Source: Anaerolineae bacterium (GTDB lineage Bacteria > Chloroflexota > Anaerolineae > DUEN01). Taken from it: 64,000 nt of DNA. The number at the start of each line of letters is the position of its first letter. The stretch's first letter is position 1. Shown here piece by piece: positions 18,747-26,726 of this stretch. The translations under genes were made by a program, and so were the position numbers. The notes below the pieces were generated by a model, which made no database searches, had not been told where the DNA came from, and saw only the letters and a program-made list of their open reading frames with translations. The stretch covers positions 24,347-88,346 of the forward strand of contig DAOUBB010000009.1 in the NCBI GenBank assembly GCA_034432955.1. The letters run 5' to 3'.

Positions 18747-19222
18747 GGGGGCAAGCGCTGATGAGCCTGGTGGTTATCGGATTTCTGATGTTGGGCTGCC
18801 AATCCCCCGCTCCACTTGACAAGCCACCCGACATCCGGTATGGTGAAGACGTTTGTGACAAATGCCGTATGATCATCAGCGAGGCTCGCTTCGCTGCCGC
18901 CTATGTGACCCGTCAGGGCGAAGTGCGCCGCTTTGATGACATCGGCGACATGGTGCAGTACCACCAGGAGCAGGCTGAGGAGGTGGCGGTTTTCTGGGTG
19001 CACGACTTTGAGACGGAGGAGTGGCTTCGGGCAGATCGGGCCTTTTTCGTGATGAGCGCGGACATTCGCACCCCGATGGGCCACGGGATCGTTGCCCTGG
19101 GCGAGAAAAGCCGTGCCGACCGATTGGCGACCTCGTTGCAGGGGAAAGTCCTGACATTCCAGGAGCTGCTGGCACAGCCTGTCGCCGGCGAGGAAATGTC
19201 TCAACACGTGCATTCCAGGTAG
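18743..19222 (+). CDS. nosL: NosL copper-chaperone lipoprotein
   Basis: Lipobox LMLGC, CDKCRM metal-binding motif; ATGA overlap with nosY. Confidence 0.8.
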   Translation: MRGQALMSLVVIGFLMLGCQSPAPLDKPPDIRYGEDVCDKCRMIISEARFAAAYVTRQGEVRRFDDIGDMVQYHQEQAEEVAVFWVHDFETEEWLRADRAFFVMSADIRTPMGHGIVALGEKSRADRLATSLQGKVLTFQELLAQPVAGEEMSQHVHSR

Positions 19223-19232
19223 AACTTTACGT

Positions 19233-19268
19233 ATGGGGGCGGGTGGCAGAAGGCAATGTTTTCTGCCA
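19233..19268. other. Stem-loop between nosL and cytochrome c gene (GTGGCAGAA / TTCTGCCAC)
   Basis: 9-bp perfect inverted repeat with 9-nt loop immediately after the nosL stop; possible attenuator or mRNA-processing site. Confidence 0.35.
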
Positions 19269-19345
19269 CCCGAAGAGCCAAACTCCAGGACGACGACCAC
19301 GATTACCTGTGGTGCTACCTCATTCCATACTCAGGAGGGAAATCC

Positions 19346-19747
19346 GTGATTCGCAAGCTGGCATTGGCATTACCCGTCGCGTTGGTGATTGCATTAGCTG
19401 CCACGGGTTGCGGTGGCAAGAAAGCGACACCGACCCCGACGCCGGCGCCGGCCGGCGCCACGTCCGAGATGGTGGCGCAGGGCAAGCAGTGGTATGAACA
19501 GACCTGCTCGTCCTGCCACGGCCCCGATGCGAAGGGGCTGCCCAACCTGGGCAAAGACCTGACCACCAGCGAGTTCGTTAAGAGCCAGACAGATGAGGGG
19601 CTGCTGGAATTCGTCAAGAAGGGACGTCCGGCCAGCGATCCGGCCAACACCACCGGCGTGGACATGCCGCCGAAGGGTGGCAACCCGGCCCTGACGGACG
19701 ATCAGATTCGGGCGATCATCGCCTATATCCGGTCGCTGCAACAGTAA
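19346..19747 (+). CDS. Mono-haem c-type cytochrome lipoprotein (candidate electron donor NosC)
   Basis: GTG start after AGGAGG SD; lipobox ATGCGG; CSSCH haem motif; last gene of the nos operon. Confidence 0.7.
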   Translation: MIRKLALALPVALVIALAATGCGGKKATPTPTPAPAGATSEMVAQGKQWYEQTCSSCHGPDAKGLPNLGKDLTTSEFVKSQTDEGLLEFVKKGRPASDPANTTGVDMPPKGGNPALTDDQIRAIIAYIRSLQQ

Positions 19748-19866
19748 GCACAACTCTTTCCGCCGCCGAGCCGAGGGCAGGTGAAAGGCTCAAGAAGCGC
19801 TGTTTTGCGGAAGGGAAGCCCCTCCGCACCCCCTCTTCAGGGACCCTGCCGCTCTTGAAGGGAGGA

Positions 19867-19898
19867 GCGGGGGAGGGCAGAACCGGCTCTGCCCTCCC
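19867..19898 (+). terminator. GC-rich hairpin terminator after the nos operon
   Basis: 13-bp perfect stem GGGGGAGGGCAGA / TCTGCCCTCCCCC with 6-nt loop, followed by GCTCTTTCGT. Confidence 0.55.
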
Positions 19899-19934
19899 CC
19901 GCTCTTTCGTATTCAGCCTTGCGCGGCTGTCTTA

Positions 19935-19950
19935 TTTGTCCCAGCGCAAA
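19935..19950. promoter_or_regulatory. Second Crp/Fnr-type box (TTTGTCCCAGCGCAAA, TTG-N8-CAA) upstream of the NO-stress operon
   Basis: Shares flanks CTTATTTG...GCGCAAAGAC with the nosZ box; centre 19942.5; TATACT -10 at 19972-19977, 29.5 bp downstream, the same spacing as at nosZ. Confidence 0.55.
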
Positions 19951-19995
19951 GACGGTTCTCCCCTCGGCCTGTATACTTGCGGACGTAGGAGGCAT

Positions 19996-20218
19996 CATGG
20001 AGCACCCGCCACTCACCGGCGATCTCACCGTAGCCGAAGTGCTGGCTCGCTGGCCTCAGGCAATTCAGGTCTTCTTCCGTCATCGCATGGCCTGCGTTGG
20101 CTGCACGATGGCCCCCTTTGACACGATCGCGGATGTGGCGGCGATCTATGGGTTGCCCCTGAGCTTCCTCTTGAGCGAGTTACAACAGGTCATCCACACC
20201 AGAGAGGCGGAACTATGA
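19996..20218 (+). CDS. DUF1858 (ScdA/RIC N-terminal-like) domain protein
   Basis: MEHPPLTGDLTVAEVLARWPQAIQVFFRHRMACVGC... matches the ScdA_N/DUF1858 fold; ATGA overlap with the next gene. Confidence 0.7.
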
Positions 20219-20667
20219 AGATCACAGAGGCGTTATTGGGAGAGCACGGGGCCTTTTACGCCCAGTTTGAACACCTGGAACGCGCGGTGCCGGCAGCGGA
20301 GGCGCTGGCTCAGGTTCAAAGCCAGATGGCCCTGCTGAGCGCGGCGCTCGACACGCACGCCCGTCTGGAAGATCAGTTGCTCTTCACCGCATTGGACCCA
20401 CACCTAGGCCCGATGGGGCCATTGGCGGTGATGCGTATGGAGCACGATCAAATTGAGGGCCTCTTCGGCCGCATCTCGCAAGCCTCCAGCCTGTCCGAAG
20501 CCCAGGACCTGACGCTTCAGCTCATCCGCGTCGCCCGGGACCATTTCACCAAGGAAGAGCGGGTGCTTTTCCCCATGGCCACTCAAATCCTGGGCCCGAA
20601 GACTCTGCTGGAGTTGGGCGCTCGCTGGAGCGAGCAACGGCAAGTGGCCATTTCAGAGATGGTGTAG
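20215..20667 (+). CDS. Hemerythrin-like HHE cation-binding domain protein
   Basis: 150 aa with spaced H/E (HxxxE ... H ... HxxxE) pattern typical of hemerythrin-like di-iron proteins. Confidence 0.75.
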   Translation: MKITEALLGEHGAFYAQFEHLERAVPAAEALAQVQSQMALLSAALDTHARLEDQLLFTALDPHLGPMGPLAVMRMEHDQIEGLFGRISQASSLSEAQDLTLQLIRVARDHFTKEERVLFPMATQILGPKTLLELGARWSEQRQVAISEMV

Positions 20668-20700
20668 TATGATCCATTTCGTTCAGGAGGGTTTTTCCCG

Positions 20701-21420
20701 ATGAGCGCTGTCAGTCAGGCGATTCGCAATCACCATCGAGAGCTGGTCAACACGTTGACCGCGCAGGTAGCGGCCATCGCGGAGGGCCGGCCCGAGGCGG
20801 ACCCCGCGGCCTTTGCCGCCTTCCTGAAGCATGAGCTGCTCCCCCACGCGGTGGGCGAGGAGCGGCATCTATACCCGGCTGTGGACCCGCTGGTGAAAGC
20901 CCACGGCAAGGCCACAGCCACCATGAGCGTGGACCACGAATTCATCGAGAACTACATCCGCCAGATCGGCGAGGCCGCAGAAGCTTGGCGTGACGCCGAC
21001 GAAAGCCGGCGCAGCGAGGTGGAAAACCGCCTTCGCCGCCTGGCGTTTCAGTTAGAAGCCGTGCTGCTCCTGCACCTGGAGAAGGAGGAACGCGTCTATC
21101 TGCCATTGTTTGAGCGACATCTGTCGGAGGAAGCGCAACAGCGAGTGCTGGACGGCATGCATTCCGCCTACGAAGCGGAGGGAGAGGCGGTAAATGCCAA
21201 GATGGAACTGGATGTGCGCCAGATCCCCCCGCCCCAGCGCCATCCCCTCATCCTACAGACCTTTGAGTCCCTGGCACCGGGCGAGGCCTTTGTGCTGATC
21301 AACGATCACGATCCCAAGCCCCTCTACTATCAGTTTCGATTCGAACGCGAGGGCCAGTTCACCTGGGAGTACCTGGAACAGGGGCCGGAAGTGTGGCGCG
21401 TCCGTATCGGCAGAGCTTGA
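20701..21420 (+). CDS. Hemerythrin-like domain fused to DUF2249
   Basis: N-terminal hemerythrin-like H/E pattern; C-terminal DVRQIPPPQRHPLILQTFESLAPGEAFVLINDHDPKPLYYQF resembles DUF2249, a domain commonly associated with NnrS. Confidence 0.7.
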   Translation: MSAVSQAIRNHHRELVNTLTAQVAAIAEGRPEADPAAFAAFLKHELLPHAVGEERHLYPAVDPLVKAHGKATATMSVDHEFIENYIRQIGEAAEAWRDADESRRSEVENRLRRLAFQLEAVLLLHLEKEERVYLPLFERHLSEEAQQRVLDGMHSAYEAEGEAVNAKMELDVRQIPPPQRHPLILQTFESLAPGEAFVLINDHDPKPLYYQFRFEREGQFTWEYLEQGPEVWRVRIGRA

Positions 21421-21430
21421 CGGTGAGGCG

Positions 21431-21787
21431 ATGATCCAGGTTAAGCGCGTGTATGCTCCACCAGCACCCGACGATGGGATCCGGGTGCTGGTGGAGCGTC
21501 TATGGCCCAGGGGCATGAAGAGAGAGGCCTTGAGGCTGGATGAGTGGCTAAAGGAGGTGGCCCCGAGCGACAGCCTGCGCCGCTGGTTCGCGCACGACCC
21601 GGCCAGGTGGGAGGAATTCCAGCGCCGGTATTTTGCCGAATTGGACGGCAAACCGGAGGCCTGGAGGCCGCTGCGGGAAATCGCCCGCCAGGGCAACCTG
21701 ACGTTGCTCTACAGTGCTCGCGACGTTGAACACAACAGCGCGGTGGCGCTCAAACGGTACCTGGAGGCCAGGCTGAGCGAGGGATAG
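21431..21787 (+). CDS. DUF488 family protein
   Basis: MIQVKRVYAPPAPDDGIRVLVERLWPRG is the DUF488 signature. Confidence 0.7.
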   Translation: MIQVKRVYAPPAPDDGIRVLVERLWPRGMKREALRLDEWLKEVAPSDSLRRWFAHDPARWEEFQRRYFAELDGKPEAWRPLREIARQGNLTLLYSARDVEHNSAVALKRYLEARLSEG

Positions 21788-21788
21788 G

Positions 21789-22295
21789 ATGCGCGGGCTG
21801 TACTTGTTGTCGGTCTGGTTGCATATCCTGTCCATGACCATCTGGCTCGGCGGGATGATCTTTTTAGTCCTGGTGCTGGTACCCGTCACGCGACGGCCCG
21901 AGCATCGGGGGCAGGCGGCGTCGCTCATCCATTGGGTGGGGGTGCGCTTCCGGTGGGTGGGCTGGATTTGCCTGAGCCTGCTCGTTGTCAGCGGCGTCCT
22001 GAACGTGGGCTACCGTGGGTTCACCTGGGCGGATCTGTGGAGTGGGCGGCTATGGCAGGGGCCGTTTGGCCGCGCTTTGGGCGTCAAACTCTTGCTGGTG
22101 GCGGCGATCCTGTTGCTCAGCGCCGTGCATGACTTTTTCATCGGACCGCGCGCGACGGCGTTGTGGCGGACGAACCCGGGGTCGCCGCAGGCACTTCGTC
22201 TGCGGCGCCAGGCCACCTGGATCGGGCGGATCAACTTGCTGCTGGCTCTCATCGTTGTCGCGCTCGGCGTGATCCTGGTAAGAGGCTGGCCGTAA
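21789..22295 (+). CDS. CopD-like integral membrane protein
   Basis: 168 aa, 4-5 TM helices; call is tentative. Confidence 0.45.
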   Translation: MRGLYLLSVWLHILSMTIWLGGMIFLVLVLVPVTRRPEHRGQAASLIHWVGVRFRWVGWICLSLLVVSGVLNVGYRGFTWADLWSGRLWQGPFGRALGVKLLLVAAILLLSAVHDFFIGPRATALWRTNPGSPQALRLRRQATWIGRINLLLALIVVALGVILVRGWP

Positions 22296-22308
22296 GGGGT
22301 GGCGATCC

Positions 22309-23466
22309 ATGGGGCGCAACGTGCGACGGATGATCCTGTTGCTTCCAGGTATGCTGGCTCTGCTGGCGGCCATGTGGGGGGGCTTGCTGCGGCTGGGATG
22401 GGATTGGCCTCTCATCCGGCCCACGCTGCCCATCGGCCATGGTCCATTGATGATCGGTGGGTTCCTGGGCACTCTCATCAGCCTGGAGCGCGCGGTGGCC
22501 CTCGTGGCGCTCCAGCAAGCACAAGGAGGCAAGGCCGGCGGGGAAGCGGGCCGGCTTAGGCTCTGGCCATACGTTGCGCCGCTGTTGACAGGTGTGGGGG
22601 CGCTTCTGCTCATCGTCGGCGTGCCCGGCGCGCCCGGCCCGTTGCTGATCACCCTGGGCAGCCTGGCCTTGCTCGTCATCTTTGTCATCATCGTCCGCAC
22701 GCAGCCGGCTCTCTTCACGGTCACCATCGGGTTGGGAGCGCTGGCCTGGCTGGTGGGGGACCTGTTGTGGTTGATGGGCCGTCCGATTTACAGCGCCGTC
22801 CTCTGGTGGGCGGGCTTCCTGGTGCTAACCATCGTCGGCGAGCGCCTGGAGCTGAGCCGTCTGTTACGCCCCTCCCGTCCAGCACAGACGTGGTTTGTGG
22901 GGGCTGTCGGGGTCTTTTGGGTAGGGCTGCTCCTCTCCATCTTCAGCCTTTCCATCGGGACACAGGTGGCGGGCGTCGCCATGCTCGCGCTCGCCCTGTG
23001 GCTGGCGCGTTATGACATCGCCCGGCGCACGGTGCGGCAGACGGGTCTGCCGCGATTCATCGCTGTGTGTCTGCTCTCCGGGTACGTCTGGCTGGGAATC
23101 AGCGGCGTGCTGGCGCTCGTCTTCGGCGGGGTCACGGCCGGGCCGCGGTACGACGCACTACTGCATGCGTTGTTTCTGGGCTTCGTCTTCACGATGATCT
23201 TCGGCCATGCGCCCATCATCTTCCCCGCCGTGCTTGGGCTGCCCGTCTCGTTCCAGCCAGCCTTCTACGGGCACCTGGCGCTTCTGCATCTCACGCTTGT
23301 CCTGCGGGTGGTGGGAGCCCTGGCCGGCTGGACGCAGGGACGGCAGTGGGGCGGGTTGCTCAACGCGATCGTGCTGCTCTTCTTCCTGCTCAACACGGCT
23401 CGGTCGATCCAGTGGACCCCGAGTACACCCGTCGCTCAGCCCATCCCCGGGGGCCAGAAACGATGA
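22309..23466 (+). CDS. nnrS: NnrS family haem-copper membrane protein (NO-response)
   Basis: 385 aa, about 12 TM helices, conserved His-containing helices (FGHAPIIFPAVLG). Confidence 0.8.
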   Translation: MGRNVRRMILLLPGMLALLAAMWGGLLRLGWDWPLIRPTLPIGHGPLMIGGFLGTLISLERAVALVALQQAQGGKAGGEAGRLRLWPYVAPLLTGVGALLLIVGVPGAPGPLLITLGSLALLVIFVIIVRTQPALFTVTIGLGALAWLVGDLLWLMGRPIYSAVLWWAGFLVLTIVGERLELSRLLRPSRPAQTWFVGAVGVFWVGLLLSIFSLSIGTQVAGVAMLALALWLARYDIARRTVRQTGLPRFIAVCLLSGYVWLGISGVLALVFGGVTAGPRYDALLHALFLGFVFTMIFGHAPIIFPAVLGLPVSFQPAFYGHLALLHLTLVLRVVGALAGWTQGRQWGGLLNAIVLLFFLLNTARSIQWTPSTPVAQPIPGGQKR

Positions 23467-24107
23467 CACCAATGGAGCCCTGGCCCGGCAGCCAGGACAG
23501 GCGAAGCGCGCGGGCTCTGCTCGACGCCCTGGCTGCGCCCTCCCCGACGCCCGGCGGAGGCACCGCTGCGGCTCTAGCAGGGGCCATGGGGGCCGCGCTG
23601 ATCGAGATGGCCTGTCGCCTGACAGCGAACAGGGCCCGTTCCACCTCCACAGCCGCAGAGATGGACAGCGCCATCGCCGAGGCTGAGAACCTGCGGCATC
23701 GCCTGACCGAGCTGGCCGATGAGGATGCGCGCATCTACGGGCAGGTGATCGCAGCCCATCGTTTGCCGAAGGCCACCGAAGAAGAAGCCGAGGCTCGCCG
23801 AAAGGCGATCCATGCTGCGCTGAAGCAGGCGGCCTGGGTCTCGTGGCAAACGGCCCTGGCCTGTGCGGCCGTGGTCGAGCTGGTGGGACGAATGGTGGAG
23901 AAGGTTCGTTCCAGCGTGTTGGGAGACGCCGCTGTGGGGGCCCTGTTGGCAGAGGCCGGCCTGCGCGGCGCCTGCCTCAACATGGAGATCAACCTGTCCG
24001 CCCTCGGCGACCCCCAATGGATGCGCGAGGAACGGAAAGAGCTGGCCAGGCGGCTGGTGATCGCCGGAGGCGAGCGAGAGCGGATCGTTTCCCTGGCGTT
24101 GAAGTGA
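23463..24107 (+). CDS. Cyclodeaminase/cyclohydrolase family protein (FTCD C-terminal domain-like)
   Basis: GGGTAAALAGAMGAAL and LRGACLNMEINL resemble the formiminotransferase-cyclodeaminase C-domain; ATGA overlap with nnrS stop. Confidence 0.65.
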   Translation: MTPMEPWPGSQDRRSARALLDALAAPSPTPGGGTAAALAGAMGAALIEMACRLTANRARSTSTAAEMDSAIAEAENLRHRLTELADEDARIYGQVIAAHRLPKATEEEAEARRKAIHAALKQAAWVSWQTALACAAVVELVGRMVEKVRSSVLGDAAVGALLAEAGLRGACLNMEINLSALGDPQWMREERKELARRLVIAGGERERIVSLALK

Positions 24108-24115
24108 TTTGAACG

Positions 24116-24535
24116 ATGCCTCCCATCACCCGTTGGTGGATCAAGCTAGCTTTGGTGTATTTTGTCGCTGCGCTATGGCTCAGCCTGATCTTGGCCGCGC
24201 GCGCCATGGTGAGCATGCCTCCCCTCATCGCCGCTTTCGGGCCGGTATACTTTCATCTGTTTTTGGTGGGCTGGGTGACGCAACTGATCTTCGGCGTGGC
24301 CTACTGGATGTTTCCCAAGTATTCCAGGGAACACCCACGCGGCAATGAAGCCCTGGCCATGGCGACGATGGCGCTTCTGAACGTCGGCCTGCTGTTGCGG
24401 GCAGTGGCCGAACCGCTGAACGCGCTGCATCCGGGTGCGGCCTGGGGGTGGCTGCTCGTGCTTTCGGCGATCCTACAGTGGCTGGCCGGGTTGGGGTTCG
24501 TCGCCAACACGTGGGGGCGGGTCAAAGAGAAGTGA
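24116..24535 (+). CDS. Small polytopic membrane protein, paralog A
   Basis: 139 aa, 4 TM; shares W.TQLIFGVAYWMFPK...RGNEALA motif with the next gene. Confidence 0.5.
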   Translation: MPPITRWWIKLALVYFVAALWLSLILAARAMVSMPPLIAAFGPVYFHLFLVGWVTQLIFGVAYWMFPKYSREHPRGNEALAMATMALLNVGLLLRAVAEPLNALHPGAAWGWLLVLSAILQWLAGLGFVANTWGRVKEK

Positions 24536-24536
24536 A

Positions 24537-24932
24537 ATGCCGCGGCTGAGCTGCTGGTTGATCCGATCTTCCCTGCTTTACCTGGCCATCGGCTTCACGC
24601 TGGGGGGCCTGATGCTCTCCCACAAGGGGATCCCGCTGCATCCCGCCGTGTGGCGTCTGCTGCCGGCCCACATCGAGTTCTTGCTGCTGGGCTGGATCCT
24701 GCAGCTCGCGATGGGGGTGGCCTTTTGGATCCTGCCGCGTTGGGGCACCGCGCGCGGCAACGAGGCGCTGGCCTGGCTGGCCTATGGGCTGCTGAACCTG
24801 GGTGTGTGGATGGCGGGCATCGGACCGCTCATCGGGGCTCCCATGATGCTCGCCGGGCGCATCGCCGAGGCGGCTTCGGCCATCGCGTTCGTCGCGCACG
24901 CCTGGCCGCGGGTCAAGCCGCTCGGCGTGTGA
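24537..24932 (+). CDS. Small polytopic membrane protein, paralog B (tandem duplicate)
   Basis: MPRLSCWLIRSSLLYLAIGF...; motif W.LQLAMGVAFWILPR...RGNEALA; starts 2 nt after paralog A stop. Confidence 0.5.
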   Translation: MPRLSCWLIRSSLLYLAIGFTLGGLMLSHKGIPLHPAVWRLLPAHIEFLLLGWILQLAMGVAFWILPRWGTARGNEALAWLAYGLLNLGVWMAGIGPLIGAPMMLAGRIAEAASAIAFVAHAWPRVKPLGV

Positions 24933-24938
24933 GAGGGC

Positions 24939-25580
24939 GTGATGAGTTCCACGGGGTCGAGCCCGCTGCGCGTGCTCATCGTGGCGGATGACTGGCTCAC
25001 CCGCGCCGGGCTGGCAGCCTTGCTGGCTCATGAGCCGGAGTGTGCGATCATCGGGCAGGTCGCGGGGGAAGATGATCTGCCGGCTGCGCTGGAGGCTTAC
25101 CGTCCCGATGTCGTGCTGTGGGACCTGGGATGGGAGCCGGAGCCAGCGTTGAAGCGGCTGGCCGATCTGAACGATGTCTTGCCGCCCACAGTGGCCCTGC
25201 TGTCCGACGAGGGCGATGCCCCTGGCGCGTACACCGCCGGCGTTCACGGCCTTTTGCTGCGCAACACAGACGCCAGACGCATGGTGGCGGCTCTCGTCGC
25301 TGCCAGTCAGGGGTTGGTCGTCCTCGACCCGACGTTGGCCCCGCTGCTCCTGACCGGGGAGCGCGAATCCCACCCGCTGCTGGAGGAGCTAACCCCTCGG
25401 GAGATGGAGGTCTTGCGGCTTCTGGCCGATGGGCTGCCTAACAAAACCATCGCCCAGCGGCTGGGGATCAGCGAGCATACCGTCAAATTCCACGTGAACT
25501 CCATCCTGAGCAAACTGGGAGCTCAGAGCCGGACGGAAGCCGTCATCCGAGCCACCCGGCTGGGCCTGATCCTCCTCTGA
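24939..25580 (+). CDS. LuxR/NarL-family two-component response regulator (orphan, no kinase nearby)
   Basis: Receiver domain (VLIVADDWLTRAGL...) plus LuxR HTH (LTPREMEVLRLLADGLPNKTIAQRLGISEHTVKFHV). Confidence 0.8.
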   Translation: MMSSTGSSPLRVLIVADDWLTRAGLAALLAHEPECAIIGQVAGEDDLPAALEAYRPDVVLWDLGWEPEPALKRLADLNDVLPPTVALLSDEGDAPGAYTAGVHGLLLRNTDARRMVAALVAASQGLVVLDPTLAPLLLTGERESHPLLEELTPREMEVLRLLADGLPNKTIAQRLGISEHTVKFHVNSILSKLGAQSRTEAVIRATRLGLILL

Positions 25581-25689
25581 CCTGACCGTTTTTCCAGGTA
25601 TCATCCTCACCCAACGGAGGATGCCACGCGCGCGTCACGCGGGTAAGATAGACGCGAGGATAGCATCTGCCATTCTGACAAGGGAGGGG

Positions 25690-26592
25690 ATGAACATGTC
25701 TGAGCTTCTGCTGAACTTGTCTGAGGCTCTGGCTTCGATCGTGCAGGCGGTCGGCCCAGGCGTGGTGCGCGTAGAGGCTCGACGCCGGCTGCCCGCCAGC
25801 GGCATCGTCTGGTCGTCTGACGGCGTCATCGTCACCGCTCACCACGTCGTCGAGCGCAGCGAAGGCATCCGCGTCGGCCTGCCTGATGGTCACACAGTGC
25901 CCGCGACCCTGGCCGGCCACGATCCGGCCATAGACCTGGCCGTGTTGCGCGCGCAGGCGACCGGCCTGGCGGTGCCGATGTGGGGAGAGCCCAAGGATCT
26001 GCGAGTGGGCCATCTGGTGCTGGCGTTGGCGCGGCCAGGCCAGGCGGTATCGGCCACGCTGGGCATCGTCAGCGCTCTGGATGAAAGCTGGCGCACGCCA
26101 GCCGGCGGCTTACTGGACCTCTATCTGCAAACCGACGTGGTCATGTATCCGGGATTCTCCGGTGGCCCGCTGGTGGATGCTGGAGGTCAGGTGGTGGGGC
26201 TCAACTCCTCAGCGTTGTGGCGCGGCATCAGCCTGGCCGTTCCCACGCCGACACTGCGCCAGGGGGTGGAGACATTGCTAGCCTACGGCCGGGCTCGACG
26301 GGGGTATCTCGGGATAGGGGCCCAGCCGGTGCGCCTGCCGTCGGCCCTGGCGCGACAACTGGGCCAGGAGACTGGGCTGCTTCTGGCCTCGGTGGAGCCG
26401 GACAGCCCGGCCGATCGGGGCGGCCTCCTCGTAGGCGACATCATCGTGGCCATAGACGGCCAACCGATGCGCCAAATGGACGACTTGCTGGCCGCGCTCC
26501 GTAGCGCCAGGGCTGGCTCGGCGGCAGCCGTGCGCATCGTTCGTGGCGGGCAAGTCCAGGAGCTCACCGTGGTCATCGGCGAGCGCGTGTAG
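25690..26592 (+). CDS. HtrA/DegP-family trypsin-like serine protease with PDZ domain
   Basis: Catalytic TAHHVV ... GFSGGPL; C-terminal PDZ (GLLVGDIIVAIDGQPM); AGGGAGGGG SD before ATG 25690. Confidence 0.8.
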   Translation: MNMSELLLNLSEALASIVQAVGPGVVRVEARRRLPASGIVWSSDGVIVTAHHVVERSEGIRVGLPDGHTVPATLAGHDPAIDLAVLRAQATGLAVPMWGEPKDLRVGHLVLALARPGQAVSATLGIVSALDESWRTPAGGLLDLYLQTDVVMYPGFSGGPLVDAGGQVVGLNSSALWRGISLAVPTPTLRQGVETLLAYGRARRGYLGIGAQPVRLPSALARQLGQETGLLLASVEPDSPADRGGLLVGDIIVAIDGQPMRQMDDLLAALRSARAGSAAAVRIVRGGQVQELTVVIGERV

Positions 26593-26609
26593 CGCCAGCC
26601 TTGTAAGCA

Positions 26610-26665
26610 GCGGGCTGAAGCCTACGCCACCTCTGTGGCACCAGCTTCAGCCCGCATCATACGCC
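26610..26665. repeat. GC-rich hairpin element (GCGGGCTGAAGC ... GCTTCAGCCCGC) between convergent htrA-like and FTR1 genes
   Basis: 12-bp perfect stem with long loop. Shares 15-18-nt blocks (GGCTGAAGCCyRCGCCAC, GCTTCAGCCCGCATC) with the element at 51463-51551. Confidence 0.4.
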
Positions 26666-26726
26666 CTGGATGCGCCGCAGCTGGGTGGTCTTGCCGCACC
26701 CGCTGGGGCTGAGAAAGGGTAAGGTG

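Noticed and set aside
18359-19300. 313-aa minus-strand ORF across nosY and nosL
   Set aside because: Antisense shadow ORF; the nosY and nosL calls on + have clear family signatures.
24522-25373. 283-aa minus-strand ORF
   Set aside because: Antisense to the membrane paralog B and the LuxR response regulator, which have clear domain signatures.
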